Positions 43,966 to 53,494 of a stretch of 64,000 nucleotides of DNA are shown in pieces (position 1 is the first letter of the stretch; each line of letters starts with the position of its first letter). The notes beneath the pieces were generated by a model. It saw nothing but the letters and a program-made list of their open reading frames with translations. It made no database searches and had not been told where the DNA came from. The position numbers and the translations under genes are program-made. Location of the stretch: the sequence record MK250019.1; one strand, 5' to 3'.

Positions 43966-44211
43966 ATGACATTTGTTATTATAGTAATAGTTATTTGCTT
44001 AACTGTATATGGTATTATGGCATCTAAACATAATGCAGAAGAAAGTAAAGCATTTTGGGGTGATCATTCAGATTCATCTGATGTTAAGAAATTAAAGTCA
44101 AGAATGAAACTTTTGATTGATAGAGTAGATTTACTTGAGGAACGAATTAATAAGTTAGATGGACAGAGTTTAAAATCAAGAATTGATAGAAAAACATTTA
44201 ATAGCAATTAA
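43966..44211 (+). CDS. small membrane-anchored coiled-coil protein
   Basis: N-terminal TM helix, then a coiled coil. Confidence 0.55.
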   Translation: MTFVIIVIVICLTVYGIMASKHNAEESKAFWGDHSDSSDVKKLKSRMKLLIDRVDLLEERINKLDGQSLKSRIDRKTFNSN

Positions 44212-44214
44212 TAT

Positions 44215-44682
44215 ATGAAAGCAGAAAGAACAAATTTTGAAGTTTTTGATTGGATGAAAGAACATCAAAAAGAGTATAATTATAGTGATGAATTTATTAA
44301 TGCATATAAGGACTGTTATTTTTTGAAACGTCTCGAAGGAAAAGTATTTAAAGGTGAATTTTGTGGATATAAAGTAACACCTGATAATTCAGATAAATCT
44401 TATTTTGTAGAAGAAGGAATTAGAGGATGTGAACGAGGATTTTTTACTGTACTTGATAATAAACTTATTAAACTTGAATTTGATTCAGTACAGGATGAAT
44501 TGTGGTTTAGTAATAAGTATAAGAAAAATGAGAATTCAATTATAGAAAAGTATATCAATCCTAAATTGAAATATCTTACAGAATTCTTGAAACTTGAAAC
44601 ACTTACAGATAATGAAAGAATGATGATTAATGATCATATTCAATCATTAGAGTTTATTATTAATTCACTTTATAAAATTTAA
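44215..44682 (+). CDS. hypothetical protein
   Basis: 155-aa ORF. Confidence 0.6.
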   Translation: MKAERTNFEVFDWMKEHQKEYNYSDEFINAYKDCYFLKRLEGKVFKGEFCGYKVTPDNSDKSYFVEEGIRGCERGFFTVLDNKLIKLEFDSVQDELWFSNKYKKNENSIIEKYINPKLKYLTEFLKLETLTDNERMMINDHIQSLEFIINSLYKI

Positions 44683-44880
44683 TTTTATTTAATATGAGTT
44701 TTCTTACATATTTTTTAATTGCTTATGGTATTATTTCAACCATTTCTATTTGTGTATTTGCATATGAAATAAAACATGCACGTAATATTGATTCTAATGC
44801 ATGTTTTTTAAGAGGTGATATATCAAAAGATGCATTTAATAATAAAACAAAGTAATTAATATATTAAAATTATAAGATTC

Positions 44881-45642
44881 ATGGCGTATATAGATAAAAC
44901 CTATATAGTTGATTATCAGCAGTTTAAAGAAGTTCGAGACTGGTGTAAAGGTAAGATTGTTGAACTTCCTAATGGCCTTAAATATCATGCAGAGAATTTT
45001 TTGAATGATAAAGATATGTCAGAAGAGTATTTCAATAATTGGAAGAATGAAATTATTGAAAATCGAATGAGGACTTATGGAGAGACATATGAAAAAGCAT
45101 ATAAAAATGCAGAAATTCCATTATGGAATACACCATATTACTTTGATATATGGCTTATAAAGAATTGTCCTATACAATTTATACAGGATCGACTTAAATA
45201 TCAATATGATGATGAATATGAGCAGATTAAAAATGGGACATCATCATATGATACATATAAGAGAAATGGTCTTGGAAAGAATTTTCATTATAAAGTAATT
45301 CGCAAACCAAATTGGAACCCACGTTATAAATTCACTTATGTTGATCGACTCGGTAATGATAAGTGTTATAAGGAAAATCAAAAACCGTGGTGGCTTATCA
45401 CTATTGAAGATACTAAAACAGTAAATCCAATTTCATGGTGGGTAAATACTGAACATAATTATTGGACATGTTCAGAAGAAGGACTTCCATTTAATAGTAA
45501 TATGCTGGATATAAAGAGGAAGAATCTTAATATTCATGCTATCATCAGAATGATTAAGAAATGGGATTTACCTACCGGCTCACAAGTTAAGGTATTAAAT
45601 AGATATTTCAATTACGGTTGGATTATTAATATTAAAAAATAA
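44881..45642 (+). CDS. hypothetical protein
   Basis: 253-aa ORF followed by a hairpin at about 45647-45685. Confidence 0.65.
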   Translation: MAYIDKTYIVDYQQFKEVRDWCKGKIVELPNGLKYHAENFLNDKDMSEEYFNNWKNEIIENRMRTYGETYEKAYKNAEIPLWNTPYYFDIWLIKNCPIQFIQDRLKYQYDDEYEQIKNGTSSYDTYKRNGLGKNFHYKVIRKPNWNPRYKFTYVDRLGNDKCYKENQKPWWLITIEDTKTVNPISWWVNTEHNYWTCSEEGLPFNSNMLDIKRKNLNIHAIIRMIKKWDLPTGSQVKVLNRYFNYGWIINIKK

Positions 45643-45721
45643 AATTAGAAGGATGTTATTTAGACGGTTAAATAACATCCTTCTTTTATTATAAATATAA
45701 AAATAGGATTAATACTTATAT

Positions 45722-46771
45722 ATGAATAAACAAATCAAGCAATTGTTAGAAAATTTATTTGATGATTATGATGACTTAATATAGGATGATAATGATAATA
45801 TTGAAAAAGATTCCATAGGTAAGAAAATAACTGATGAAGATATAAAGAAAAAAGTAAAAGAATGGTTGCGTTATAATATTGCATCAAGTCCAGAAAATAA
45901 TAATATAGATAGAAATCTTACTTTTGAATATATTGATGACATACTTTATTGTAATTTACATTTTAATGGTTATATGACAGTATTTATGAGTGAAATACCT
46001 GATTATGTAAAGATTAATAAAATTACATGTAAAGATATTAAATTTAATAGTTTATATAATTTACCGAAGGAAATAGATGGAGATATGCTTATAGATGGTT
46101 ATAATCATACGAAATTAATTGGTAATTTCCCCGAAAAAATAGGTTGTTTAAAGATATGGAATTCAAAAATAAAATCATTGGAAGGACTCAATGATAATTG
46201 TGGTTCTATTGAATCATTAGAGATTGAGGCATGCAATAATTTCCAATATTTTATGGGTATTCCAGAAAATGTAGGACGTGTTTCTATACAAGAATGTAAT
46301 AAACTTCAAAATTTAATAGGATTACCAGAATCTGTTGATGATATAGAGTTAACAGATTTAAGGAAATTTTCAAGTTTAGAAGGATGTCCAAAAGAGTTAA
46401 AAGGAGATTTACGTATAACAGATTGTAAAAAATTATTATCATTAAAATATATTTCATCTTTAATCATAGGAGATTGTTCTGTTACGTATACAGGTATAGA
46501 ACATCTTGATATGGCTGAATCAAATACAAGAGTTATAGGAGACTTTAATGTTTCTAATAATAAGTTAGTTGATTTAAGTAATGGACCAGAAGATGTAAGA
46601 GGTAATTATGATTGTGCATATAACTCAAAATTGACATGTTTAAATGCGCAAGATACACTTATGTCTGGATATAAGAAAACATTTGATTGTACGAAAAATC
46701 GAAGACTAAAAACATTATAGGGATTACCTATAATGATTAAAGGAGATATAATAGTAAATACAGATTTATAA
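45722..46771 (+). CDS. leucine-rich-repeat-like protein, paralog 1 (code 15)
   Basis: ATG 45722 to TAA 46771 with 2 TAG. Repeats SLEGLN, NLIGLP and SLEGCP; leader LLENLFDDYDD. Confidence 0.75.
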
Positions 46772-46854
46772 AAATTAAATACGTCATACAAATAATATAT
46801 ATGTTATAAGTAAACTATTTGATAAATATAAAAATTATATTAAACAATTTATAT

Positions 46855-47901
46855 ATGAATAAACTTATTAGAAAATTATTAGAAAATCTATTTGATGATT
46901 ATGACGATATAATATAGAATGATAATGATGATATTGGAGATGATCTTATAGCTAAAAAGTTAAAAGAGGAAGAGTAGTAGAAAGTAAAAGAATGGCTTTG
47001 TAATAATATCTCAACTAACAAATATGAAGTGTTTCTTAATAATATAGATAAATACGTTACATTTGAATATATTGACGGTATACTTTATTGCAATTTAGAG
47101 TTTATTGATTCTATAACAAAATTTAAAAGTCCAATACCAGATTATGTAAAGATTAATAAAATTAAAGGTCACGGTCACATTACATTTAAGAGTTCATATA
47201 ATTTACCAAAAGAAATAGAAGGAACTATGTGTATAAAAAGTAATGAGACAAAAATTATTGGTCCTTTCCCACAAAAAATTAAAGTCTTATGTATAAAGTG
47301 CCCAAAATTAAAGTCATTAAAAGGCCTTAATGATAATTGTGTTTCTATTGGTAAATTATATATAGATAATAGTTTGAATTTACAAGATTTAACAGGTTTA
47401 CCAGATTCTGTCAACTATTTATAGTTGACTTATTGCAATTTTCCAAATTTAAAAGGATGTCCAAAACAATTAAATGTTTTAAACATACAAGAATGTAATA
47501 AACTTGAAAACCTTATAGGATGTCCAGAAACTATTGAAAAAATAGATTTGTTAAATTTAGAAAATTTTTCAAGTTTAGAAGGATGTCCAAAACAATTAGA
47601 TGGATTGGATATATGTGGTTGTGAAAAATTAAAATCATTAAAATATATTTCTCCTTTAATAGGGAAAGGTGGATTAGGTGTTTCACGCTCAGGCTTAGTT
47701 GATTTAAGTAATGGTCCAAAAGAGATAGAAGGTAATTATTATTGCAATACTAATCCAAATTTGAAACGTTTAAATGCACAAGATACAGTTATGACGGGAC
47801 ATGAGACTGCATTTCATTGTTATAATAATGATAGCTTAAAAAGATTAAAGGGATTACCTAAGATGAAATACAAAGATATAAAAATAAAGACTGATTTATA
47901 A
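46855..47901 (+). CDS. leucine-rich-repeat-like protein, paralog 2 (code 15)
   Basis: ATG 46855; merges track ORFs 47029..47424 and 47425..47901 via TAG. Same leader and repeats as paralog 1. Confidence 0.75.
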
Positions 47902-47969
47902 AAAGAAAATGAGGAATTAAACATATTTGAAGTGTTTAATTCCTCATTATTATTTTGTTAATATATTAA

Positions 47970-48770
47970 TTACTTTCCATAGTGGATGTAATCAATAAGT
48001 GCATTTGTATCAAGATTAGACTCAATTGCCTCCTGATCGTTAACTTCCTTAAGAGCTGCAATAACAGCCTTAAGCAGCTTACTACGACGAGCAAGAAGGT
48101 CTGCACGCTGCTTCTGTGACCACTCACCAGTAAAACGCTGATGTGTATAATCACCAACCTCAACTGTCTTCTTACACTGAACAACTGCAGCACGATAGTT
48201 TGCAGGAATATTAGCAGGGTCGATATTAGGATCTCGAAGAATTTCCTCTGTTGTTTCTGTTGTACGAGAAACACCCTTTACAAGTTCATTCTCAAGAATC
48301 TCACGATTACCATATTCTGCATTATTTGTAGGTTTCCAAATCTCAGAATCTGAATAAACGGGAATTCTCTCATACATTGTTACGAGTTCTTTTGAGGTAA
48401 GAATACTCTTAAGACGCATAAGATCAAGAGCTGTCAACTCACCGAATGAATGACCATCTACAACAAGCTCAACCTTACGAGCACCCATAGAGTTTGTAGC
48501 CTCAACAGAGAATACCTCATTAAGATAATTTGTTGCAATATTCTTAAACCAATCAAGCTGTTCTGATACAGTTGTCTGAACTGCTGTTACACCCTTCTTT
48601 GTAGGATCATCTGGATAACCCTCACGTGGGATATATGTCTTCTTCTCTCCGCGGAATGCACCCTGTGCATTCTTAAAATACTGTGCATACTCATTTACCT
48701 CTTTTGCATACACTGATGCAGAATGATCGACCTTTGCAAGGACGACATTCATCTTTTCTACTTTTGCCAT
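47970..48770 (-). CDS. conserved helical phage protein, function unknown
   Basis: 266-aa ORF with codon bias of a highly expressed gene. Confidence 0.75.
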   Translation of the reverse strand: MAKVEKMNVVLAKVDHSASVYAKEVNEYAQYFKNAQGAFRGEKKTYIPREGYPDDPTKKGVTAVQTTVSEQLDWFKNIATNYLNEVFSVEATNSMGARKVELVVDGHSFGELTALDLMRLKSILTSKELVTMYERIPVYSDSEIWKPTNNAEYGNREILENELVKGVSRTTETTEEILRDPNIDPANIPANYRAAVVQCKKTVEVGDYTHQRFTGEWSQKQRADLLARRSKLLKAVIAALKEVNDQEAIESNLDTNALIDYIHYGK

Positions 48771-48902
48771 AATTTACTAAAATTAAACGTTAATGTTAAA
48801 ACTAAATTTATTATATATACGTGTGTTATAGAGAAAAGTCTAATTATAAATAGAATAAAATGATATTTTCATATATAAGAAATATAAATAAACGAAAATC
48901 AT

Positions 48903-49427
48903 ATGATAACAGTAAATAAGTCTATAGATATAAATAAGGAATCATATCCGAAATGTCCATACAGTAAAGAATTATGTGATCCAAATATATTGTTTAATGA
49001 ATATTCTATTAATAAGAAAGATAAATGTATATCATGTAAATATTGGAGATCTAATTATGATTATATAGTGAATAAACATTTAGAAGATGTAAAGAAGGAT
49101 CCTAATTCAAATTATAATATTATTGTTAATGAAGTAAACAGAGATGGTGGAAAGTATATAAAATTTGATAATGATGATATTGGGTTTTTGATTTGTGCGA
49201 CATCTACAATAGAAGATTATTACTATATGTATATGGATAAAGACAGAAATATTAAAATGTCGTCATGTGTCGGCGGATATGAAATTATAGAATCTCCAGA
49301 AACAATACAAAATCTCTCCGTATTGAGTTATATTCGTAAACATGATAAAATGTATATCAAAGAAAAAATAATGCGATACATAAAGAATTTGAAATATGAT
49401 AAAGTAATAACTAATATATTTTATTAA
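48903..49427 (+). CDS. hypothetical protein
   Basis: 174-aa ORF. Confidence 0.6.
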   Translation: MITVNKSIDINKESYPKCPYSKELCDPNILFNEYSINKKDKCISCKYWRSNYDYIVNKHLEDVKKDPNSNYNIIVNEVNRDGGKYIKFDNDDIGFLICATSTIEDYYYMYMDKDRNIKMSSCVGGYEIIESPETIQNLSVLSYIRKHDKMYIKEKIMRYIKNLKYDKVITNIFY

Positions 49428-49504
49428 TAAATATTTAAATGATTAAATATAAGTTTTATATTTAAATAAATATAACAAATAAAAATATATTTTTAATTGT
49501 AAAG

Positions 49505-49951
49505 ATGAAAGTTAAAGATAAGAAAGCATTATATGAATCCATCATGATGAATGTATCAAAGATGGTTAAGAAAGCCATAAATGAATATGGTGACGGTATT
49601 GATGCAGAAGATGAAATCGTTGATGACGAACCAATGGATGATGATATTACTGTATATGTTCCATTGGTTGGTTGTGAGTGTAAATGTATTCTTTGTAATG
49701 ATGAGGATGGAAATTCATATTATGAGGTTCATGATGATAATGATGATTATGTATGTGAAGTTCATGATGATGTTGATCCAGAGGATGAAGATGCATTGGT
49801 TTCTGCTATTGAAGATAATTATCAGTGGGAAACACAGTCTGGTGATTATGAGGATGTAGATCCATTGGGACCTTCAGATGATGATGAAGATTCTGATGAT
49901 ATGGATGATGCATTTGATGATTATGAGGATGAAGAAGATTATGATGTTTAA
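49505..49951 (+). CDS. very acidic protein with a KKALYESIM leader
   Basis: 148 aa, D/E-rich. Confidence 0.7.
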   Translation: MKVKDKKALYESIMMNVSKMVKKAINEYGDGIDAEDEIVDDEPMDDDITVYVPLVGCECKCILCNDEDGNSYYEVHDDNDDYVCEVHDDVDPEDEDALVSAIEDNYQWETQSGDYEDVDPLGPSDDDEDSDDMDDAFDDYEDEEDYDV

Positions 49952-49955
49952 ATAA

Positions 49956-50315
49956 ATGAAACGGATTATTAATATAAGACCTTTATCAGAAGAAACTATG
50001 CGAAAATCTTTTGGTGCTTCAATGGAAGATAAGTTGAGGGAATTGAAAGATGAGATTAAAGACAGCAGGTTATTGGAAGATACATTGGCATTTCCTATTG
50101 GGCGTGAAGTTTATGTTGATCCGACCGCTGGTATGCGGTATAAGATGTTGGGTGGACATTTGTCATATGCCGGTATGAGTCTCAATCAGTTGGATTAGCA
50201 GTTGTATTCTGATTTGGTTTCCGGTAGACAAACTGTTGATGCAGTATTAGATACCTGGAAAAATAAAAGGGTTAAAAAAATTAACTTTTCTTCAGGAAAA
50301 ATGAAGAAAAAGTAA
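49956..50315 (+). CDS. hypothetical protein (code 15)
   Basis: Track ORF 49956..50198 reads through TAG to TAA 50315. Confidence 0.6.
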
Positions 50316-50498
50316 ATAAAAATGAGAATATTTAATGTAGAAATTAAATATTCTCATTTTTATTTTATTAATATGCACTAAAACGTTCACGATTCATTTG
50401 ATTATAAAAATATATAAAAGTACCATCTATGGCACCACGTATACATGCATTACTATAATATTCTGCTTCATTTGTTAATGAAAGTGTATGGATTCCTG

Positions 50499-51020
50499 TT
50501 AAATCATCAATAACTTTAAATAATACTGTTTTTTATTAAAAATATCATCATTATTTTCCATATAATCAGGCAATGCTATAATAGCTATGCAGTTAGTAAC
50601 ATCAATAAATTTACCTATTAATTCTCCATCTTTATCATAAATTGAACCACATGTATTTCCATCATATTTCTTTTCAAATCCATATGAGTCAAATTTTTCA
50701 TCTAAATATTCTCCTACAAAAACACCATTAGTTACATTAAGTTTTAAATTCATTATATTATTTCCCCACCAATCAGTATCATATTGATGATTTAATATTT
50801 CCTTATCATCTAATAACCCTTTCATTTTATTAAAAAATACATCATTAGGTATTGTCGAGTAATTAAAACGTAAAACCTATTTCTTAAACTAGTTTGATGC
50901 TTGTATTAATGACTATGATTCATTAAGCTTATTCTTTACTGCTTTAGAAACCGATTTCATTATAGATTCATAAAGTACTTTCTTTTGATTTCTATTCATA
51001 TTGATTTTTTTAATTTTCAT
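50499..51020 (-). CDS. protein with a KKVLYESIM leader (code 15)
   Basis: ATG 51020 is in frame with 50499..50825 through 2 TAG. Confidence 0.65.
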
Positions 51021-51076
51021 TTATATATTTATACTAAAAACATAATTATAGAAATCCTATAACCTTATTTACATAA

Positions 51077-51553
51077 TCAGAATAATGCATCACATTTATT
51101 CTCTTTTATCGGACACCAATTTTCATAATCCCATTTGAAAAAATCTGTGCAAACGAGATTATTGTTTAATATTGATTTTGCTGTATCAACATTATAATCT
51201 ATATTAAGTTTAGATAACATTTCTAATATTCGTTCATGTGTTTCAATGACATTATCTTGAATTAGTTCTGTTCCGTATGTATGTTCTAATGCTTGTTGCC
51301 ATGTTGAACCATGTTGTATCTTATTATATATTATATAGATAACGAAATTTCCATTTCCGAATGAAGGCTCTAAGAAATTTGATTCTGTATTATTCCACTG
51401 TTCTTCTGAAACTTTATCAGACATACGCTTAACTAATTCAAACGGAGTGAAAAACTCATTTGAACCACCTGAACCCTTTCTTCTGGAAACTCGCTCTTCC
51501 GTTGCATAACTATCTAAACTCAAAAACTATTCTATATCAAAACTACTATTCAT
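51077..51553 (-). CDS. stand-alone N-terminal half of an amino-DNA methyltransferase (motifs X and I only)
   Basis: NEFFTPFELVKRM and SAM-binding FLEPSFGNGNF; no NPPY motif. ATG 51553 with one TAG. Confidence 0.8.
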
Positions 51554-51625
51554 ATTAATTATATAACAGCATATAAATTTTGTTTTATTTATTATAAAAA
51601 TAAGTTAAACCCTAATTTTCATTTT

Positions 51626-51720
51626 AATGGTTTTTACGATGTTAAGGATTTTCTTGAGATGAAAAATGAAGATATAATTAAGATGAATTAGTGAAAGAAA
51701 TTTGATGTTATATTGAGTAA
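51626..51720 (+). repeat. inverted repeat A, left copy (95 bp, 94/95 identical to the reverse complement of 54392-54486)
   Basis: Direct base comparison. The single mismatch at 51692 makes TGA in place of GGA. Confidence 0.95.
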
Positions 51721-52573
51721 TGCCCCATATGATAATGGATTACATGAAAAATTTGAAGCAAAATATTTTGATATATGTGATGGATAGATTTGTTGGGTAA
51801 GTCCATTAAGCTTTTTATTGGGTAAAAAACAAAAAACAAAGATAACACATTAGTTAGATAAGTATATTTGTGATATAGAACAGATAAATGGAAATGAACA
51901 TTTTGATGCAAATATCGGAGGAAATATGGGTATCGTATTCTGTGATATGGCTGATGAACATAATGAGCATTATGTTAAGTTTGATGGTAAACAATATAAC
52001 AAATGTGAAGAAATAACGCCATATAGTGATAATGAAACAATGAAATATATTATCAATACAATATTAACAAAATGTAAGGAAGATTGTCTAGATAAACATT
52101 GTAAATTAACAGAGAAAATATTGCCTAATGATGGTCGAAATAGATATTTAGAAAATAATCCTAATAAAAATTGGTTTATAATACAATTACCATTAATCAG
52201 AGGAGGAAAAAAAGAATTGGATTATTCATCGTTGTTTACGAAAACAATGAATGATAAAATTAGAACATACAATGAGTTTGAACAACCGGGAAAACATTTA
52301 ATGTATTTTGCATTTAATACATCAGAAGAAGCAGTTAATTTCAAAAAATATTGTATGTCTGATATATGTAGATTGATGCTGTATTATTTCAAACCTAATT
52401 TAAGTTTAGGTAAAGGTGAATTAAAGTATATACCTTGGTTCAATTTTACTGATTCTATGTTTGATGGTTCTGCAACAAACGTTAACGAAAATATATACAA
52501 ATATTTTAATTTTGGAGAAAAAGAAAAAACAGAAATTAGATCAGTTATATCTGATTATTATGGTATATGGTAA
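51695..52573 (+). other. silent cassette 1: MTase catalytic segment (NAPY) + alternative TRD
   Basis: Open in code 15 (KKFDVILSNAPY...ISDYYGIW) and collinear with the C-terminus of 53491-57774. It is preceded by an in-frame TGA and has no upstream start. Confidence 0.8.
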
Positions 52574-52574
52574 T

Positions 52575-52609
52575 AAGAAAGGTTAGGAAATTAATCCTAA
52601 CCTTTTCTT
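52575..52609. terminator. bidirectional hairpin between cassette 1 and tail cassette A
   Basis: AAGAAAGGTTAGGA / TCCTAACCTTTTCTT. Confidence 0.7.
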
Positions 52610-52683
52610 ATATTGTAATAATCCGGTAAAAGTTCTTCAATATGTTTACGTATTTCATCAGAGATATTATATTTGTTAAATAA
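52591..52683 (-). pseudogene. 30-aa C-terminal tail cassette A (LFNKYNISDEIRKHIEELLPDYYNIRKGQD)
   Basis: Close paralog of the last 30 aa of cassette 2; no start codon. Confidence 0.7.
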
Positions 52684-52704
52684 GTTTCTTATTTAACAAA
52701 TATA
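52668..52704. repeat. perfect 17-bp-arm palindrome joining two tail cassettes head-to-head
   Basis: TATATTTGTTAAATAAG-TTT-CTTATTTAACAAATATA. Confidence 0.9.
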
Positions 52705-52802
52705 TTCCTGAAATGGAGGATGGAATAACTCGTAATAATATAATAAAACATATTCAACATATATTACCTGATTATTATAATATAAGAAATAATGAAAACT
52801 AA
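52689..52802 (+). pseudogene. 37-aa C-terminal tail cassette B (LFNKYIPEMEDGITRNNIIKHIQHILPDYYNIRNNEN)
   Basis: Paralogous tail with no start; followed by a hairpin at 52787-52815. Confidence 0.7.
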
Positions 52803-52823
52803 TTGTTTTCATTATTTGAATTT

Positions 52824-52842
52824 CTATTAATCATAATAGACG
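52824..52842 (+). repeat. inverted repeat B, left copy (19 bp CTATTAATCATAATAGACG; partner 54143-54161)
   Basis: Exact match, with internal dyad CTATTA-ATCA-TAATAG. Confidence 0.9.
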
Positions 52843-53494
52843 CTATATAATTTATGATGGTAAAGAATATAATAAATGTAGTGAAATAAGTTCTACTAGC
52901 AATGATAGTTTATTATAGAACTTTAAAAATATAATAACATCGATATGTAATAAAGATAATTTAGAAAAACATATGAGAGCTATACCAGATGATCCTCATT
53001 TAAAGAAATATTGGTATAATAATTAGAATGTAGATGAATATTGTATAAAAGTTGATTTAATAAGAGGACACGAAAATAAAAAAACAGGTTAGCATAAAGA
53101 TGATTTTTATACAATAATTTCTAATAATGAAAAAACAATATTATCATCAATAGGAAATTTTAAAGATTTAATTAAAAAGAAAAATAATTTAAATAAGAGA
53201 TTAATAAATTTCTATATTCCATCTATTAATTTAAATATTACAAATAATATTATAAATTATTTAAAAACAGATTTTTGTAGAGCAGGACTATTATTCCAAA
53301 AAATTAATACAAATATGTATCCAAATGTTTTTATTTATATTCCATGGTTTGATTTTTCTAATAATATATTTAGTAAAACACCATCAGAAATAGATGATTA
53401 TTTATTTACTAAATATAATATATCAAATGAAATAAGAAAACATATTGAAAAATTACTTCCGGATTATTATAATATAAGAAAAGGTAGAGATTAA
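52826..53494 (+). other. silent cassette 2: alternative TRD (222 aa)
   Basis: Open in code 15 from repeat B (INHNRRYIIYDGKEYNKC...LLPDYYNIRKGRD), in the same frame register as the main gene at repeat B. No start codon at its 5' end. Confidence 0.85.

Noticed and set aside
17173-48353. Short alternative-frame or antisense ORFs inside long genes (for example 17207..17701, 32136..32507, 35011..35370, 39017..39397, 47966..48274)
   Set aside because: They lie fully within well-supported genes, show no motifs, and have compositions typical of shadow frames.
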